This document shows positions 51,036-51,958 of a DNA stretch of 51,958 bases, one piece after another. The position numbers and the translations under genes were made by a program. The notes beneath the pieces were generated by a model. It worked only from the letters and a program-made list of their open reading frames with translations, was not told the DNA's origin and searched no databases. This stretch comes from Octopus bimaculoides (taxonomy: Eukaryota). The DNA lies in the NCBI RefSeq assembly GCF_001194135.2, contig NC_068998.1:25181164-25233121 (forward strand). Reading direction: 5' to 3'. The first letter of the stretch is position 1. Each line of letters opens with the position of its first letter.

Positions 51036-51958
51036 TGTTTCACATCAACACAAACATATAGATGTATAAATGTATAGATGTATAACTCACCGTGTATGTG
51101 CGTGTGTGTGTGTATTAGAACATTTGATAAGCAAGGTTTCCTCTCTCAGATTGTACAAATGACCTCTGTTCTTTATGTATTCACGCTATACACTATGAAT
51201 TTTACATTAAGTTGTAAGTAAATGTGATCACTCATACTGGGAATCCTTTTGTAAAATCAACAAAAAGTTTTTTTTCTGTTTTTTCTGTTCCTATTTACAT
51301 AGCAGTGCAATATAATTTCTTCAGTAAAGAATAATAAATATAGTGTGCTATTGACGCAGTTATTATCTGACTGACTTCTTCCTATGGAAGGAAGGTATAA
51401 AAAAGAGTAATATTTGTGATAGCTGAAAGGTATGAGGTTTTCGGATGAAAACAGCTAATTAATTCTATGAATAATATAAAAATAGAAAATATAGCCAATC
51501 TAGAATACATAGTGTGCATTATATCCTTAAAATATATATCGTACTACGTAGTGAACAAATTATTACAAAAGCTCGTACAGCCTATCTTCATATTCAAATG
51601 TTGAAATTGTATTTTCTTCGTGTGTCTCAATTCACCGAAGCATATTTCATCATAATGTGTTCAAAGGAATTCTATCATGTATAAACATTGAATCACGCAC
51701 TACTGTAAATTAGTTTTGTTTGTAAAAGCTATGAGCATGGGGAGAAATGTTAGTCCCTACGAGGTCGTGTTACATGCTAGAAATAGCGTTCACATCTGAC
51801 TTAAATTATATCCTGTTCTCTGTAGAAATTAATATGGAAATAGTGTAGCAAAATTCGAGTAACACCACATCTTTAAAATGACGTTATATACTGCTGAAAT
51901 TATAGACGCCGTTCCATATGGCATACACACACGAGCGCGCACATGCACACACACACAC

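Overview
Repeat-dense eukaryotic genomic DNA, AT-rich by eye, with very abundant (TA)n/(CA)n/(TAA)n microsatellites and ten N-gaps, nearly all flanked by microsatellite. The SINE families and microsatellite load resemble Octopus (coleoid cephalopod) DNA; this is inference from recalled repeat sequences, not a database result. No host protein-coding gene can be confidently identified. A few short segments with canonical splice sites are listed only as low-confidence exon candidates. What is recognisable is a set of decayed mobile elements: a Penelope-like GIY-YIG remnant, a Tc1 element carrying a TSD-flanked SINE and a further 1.1-kb insertion, a 5'-truncated R4/Dong-type LINE flanked by TAA-type repeats, a CR1-type LINE 3' fragment, two different mariner copies, an internally deleted Gypsy element and several SINEs. 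The least explained signals are four fold-back or inverted-repeat structures (one a ~190-bp-arm GC-balanced hairpin), terminal motifs shared among (TA)n-anchored fold-back elements, and degenerate hammerhead-ribozyme-like motifs of the Penelope type. Most ORF-track entries are microsatellite, N-gap or chance ORFs. I do not see evidence for an intact novel gene system; the structured-RNA leads are the best candidates for follow-up.
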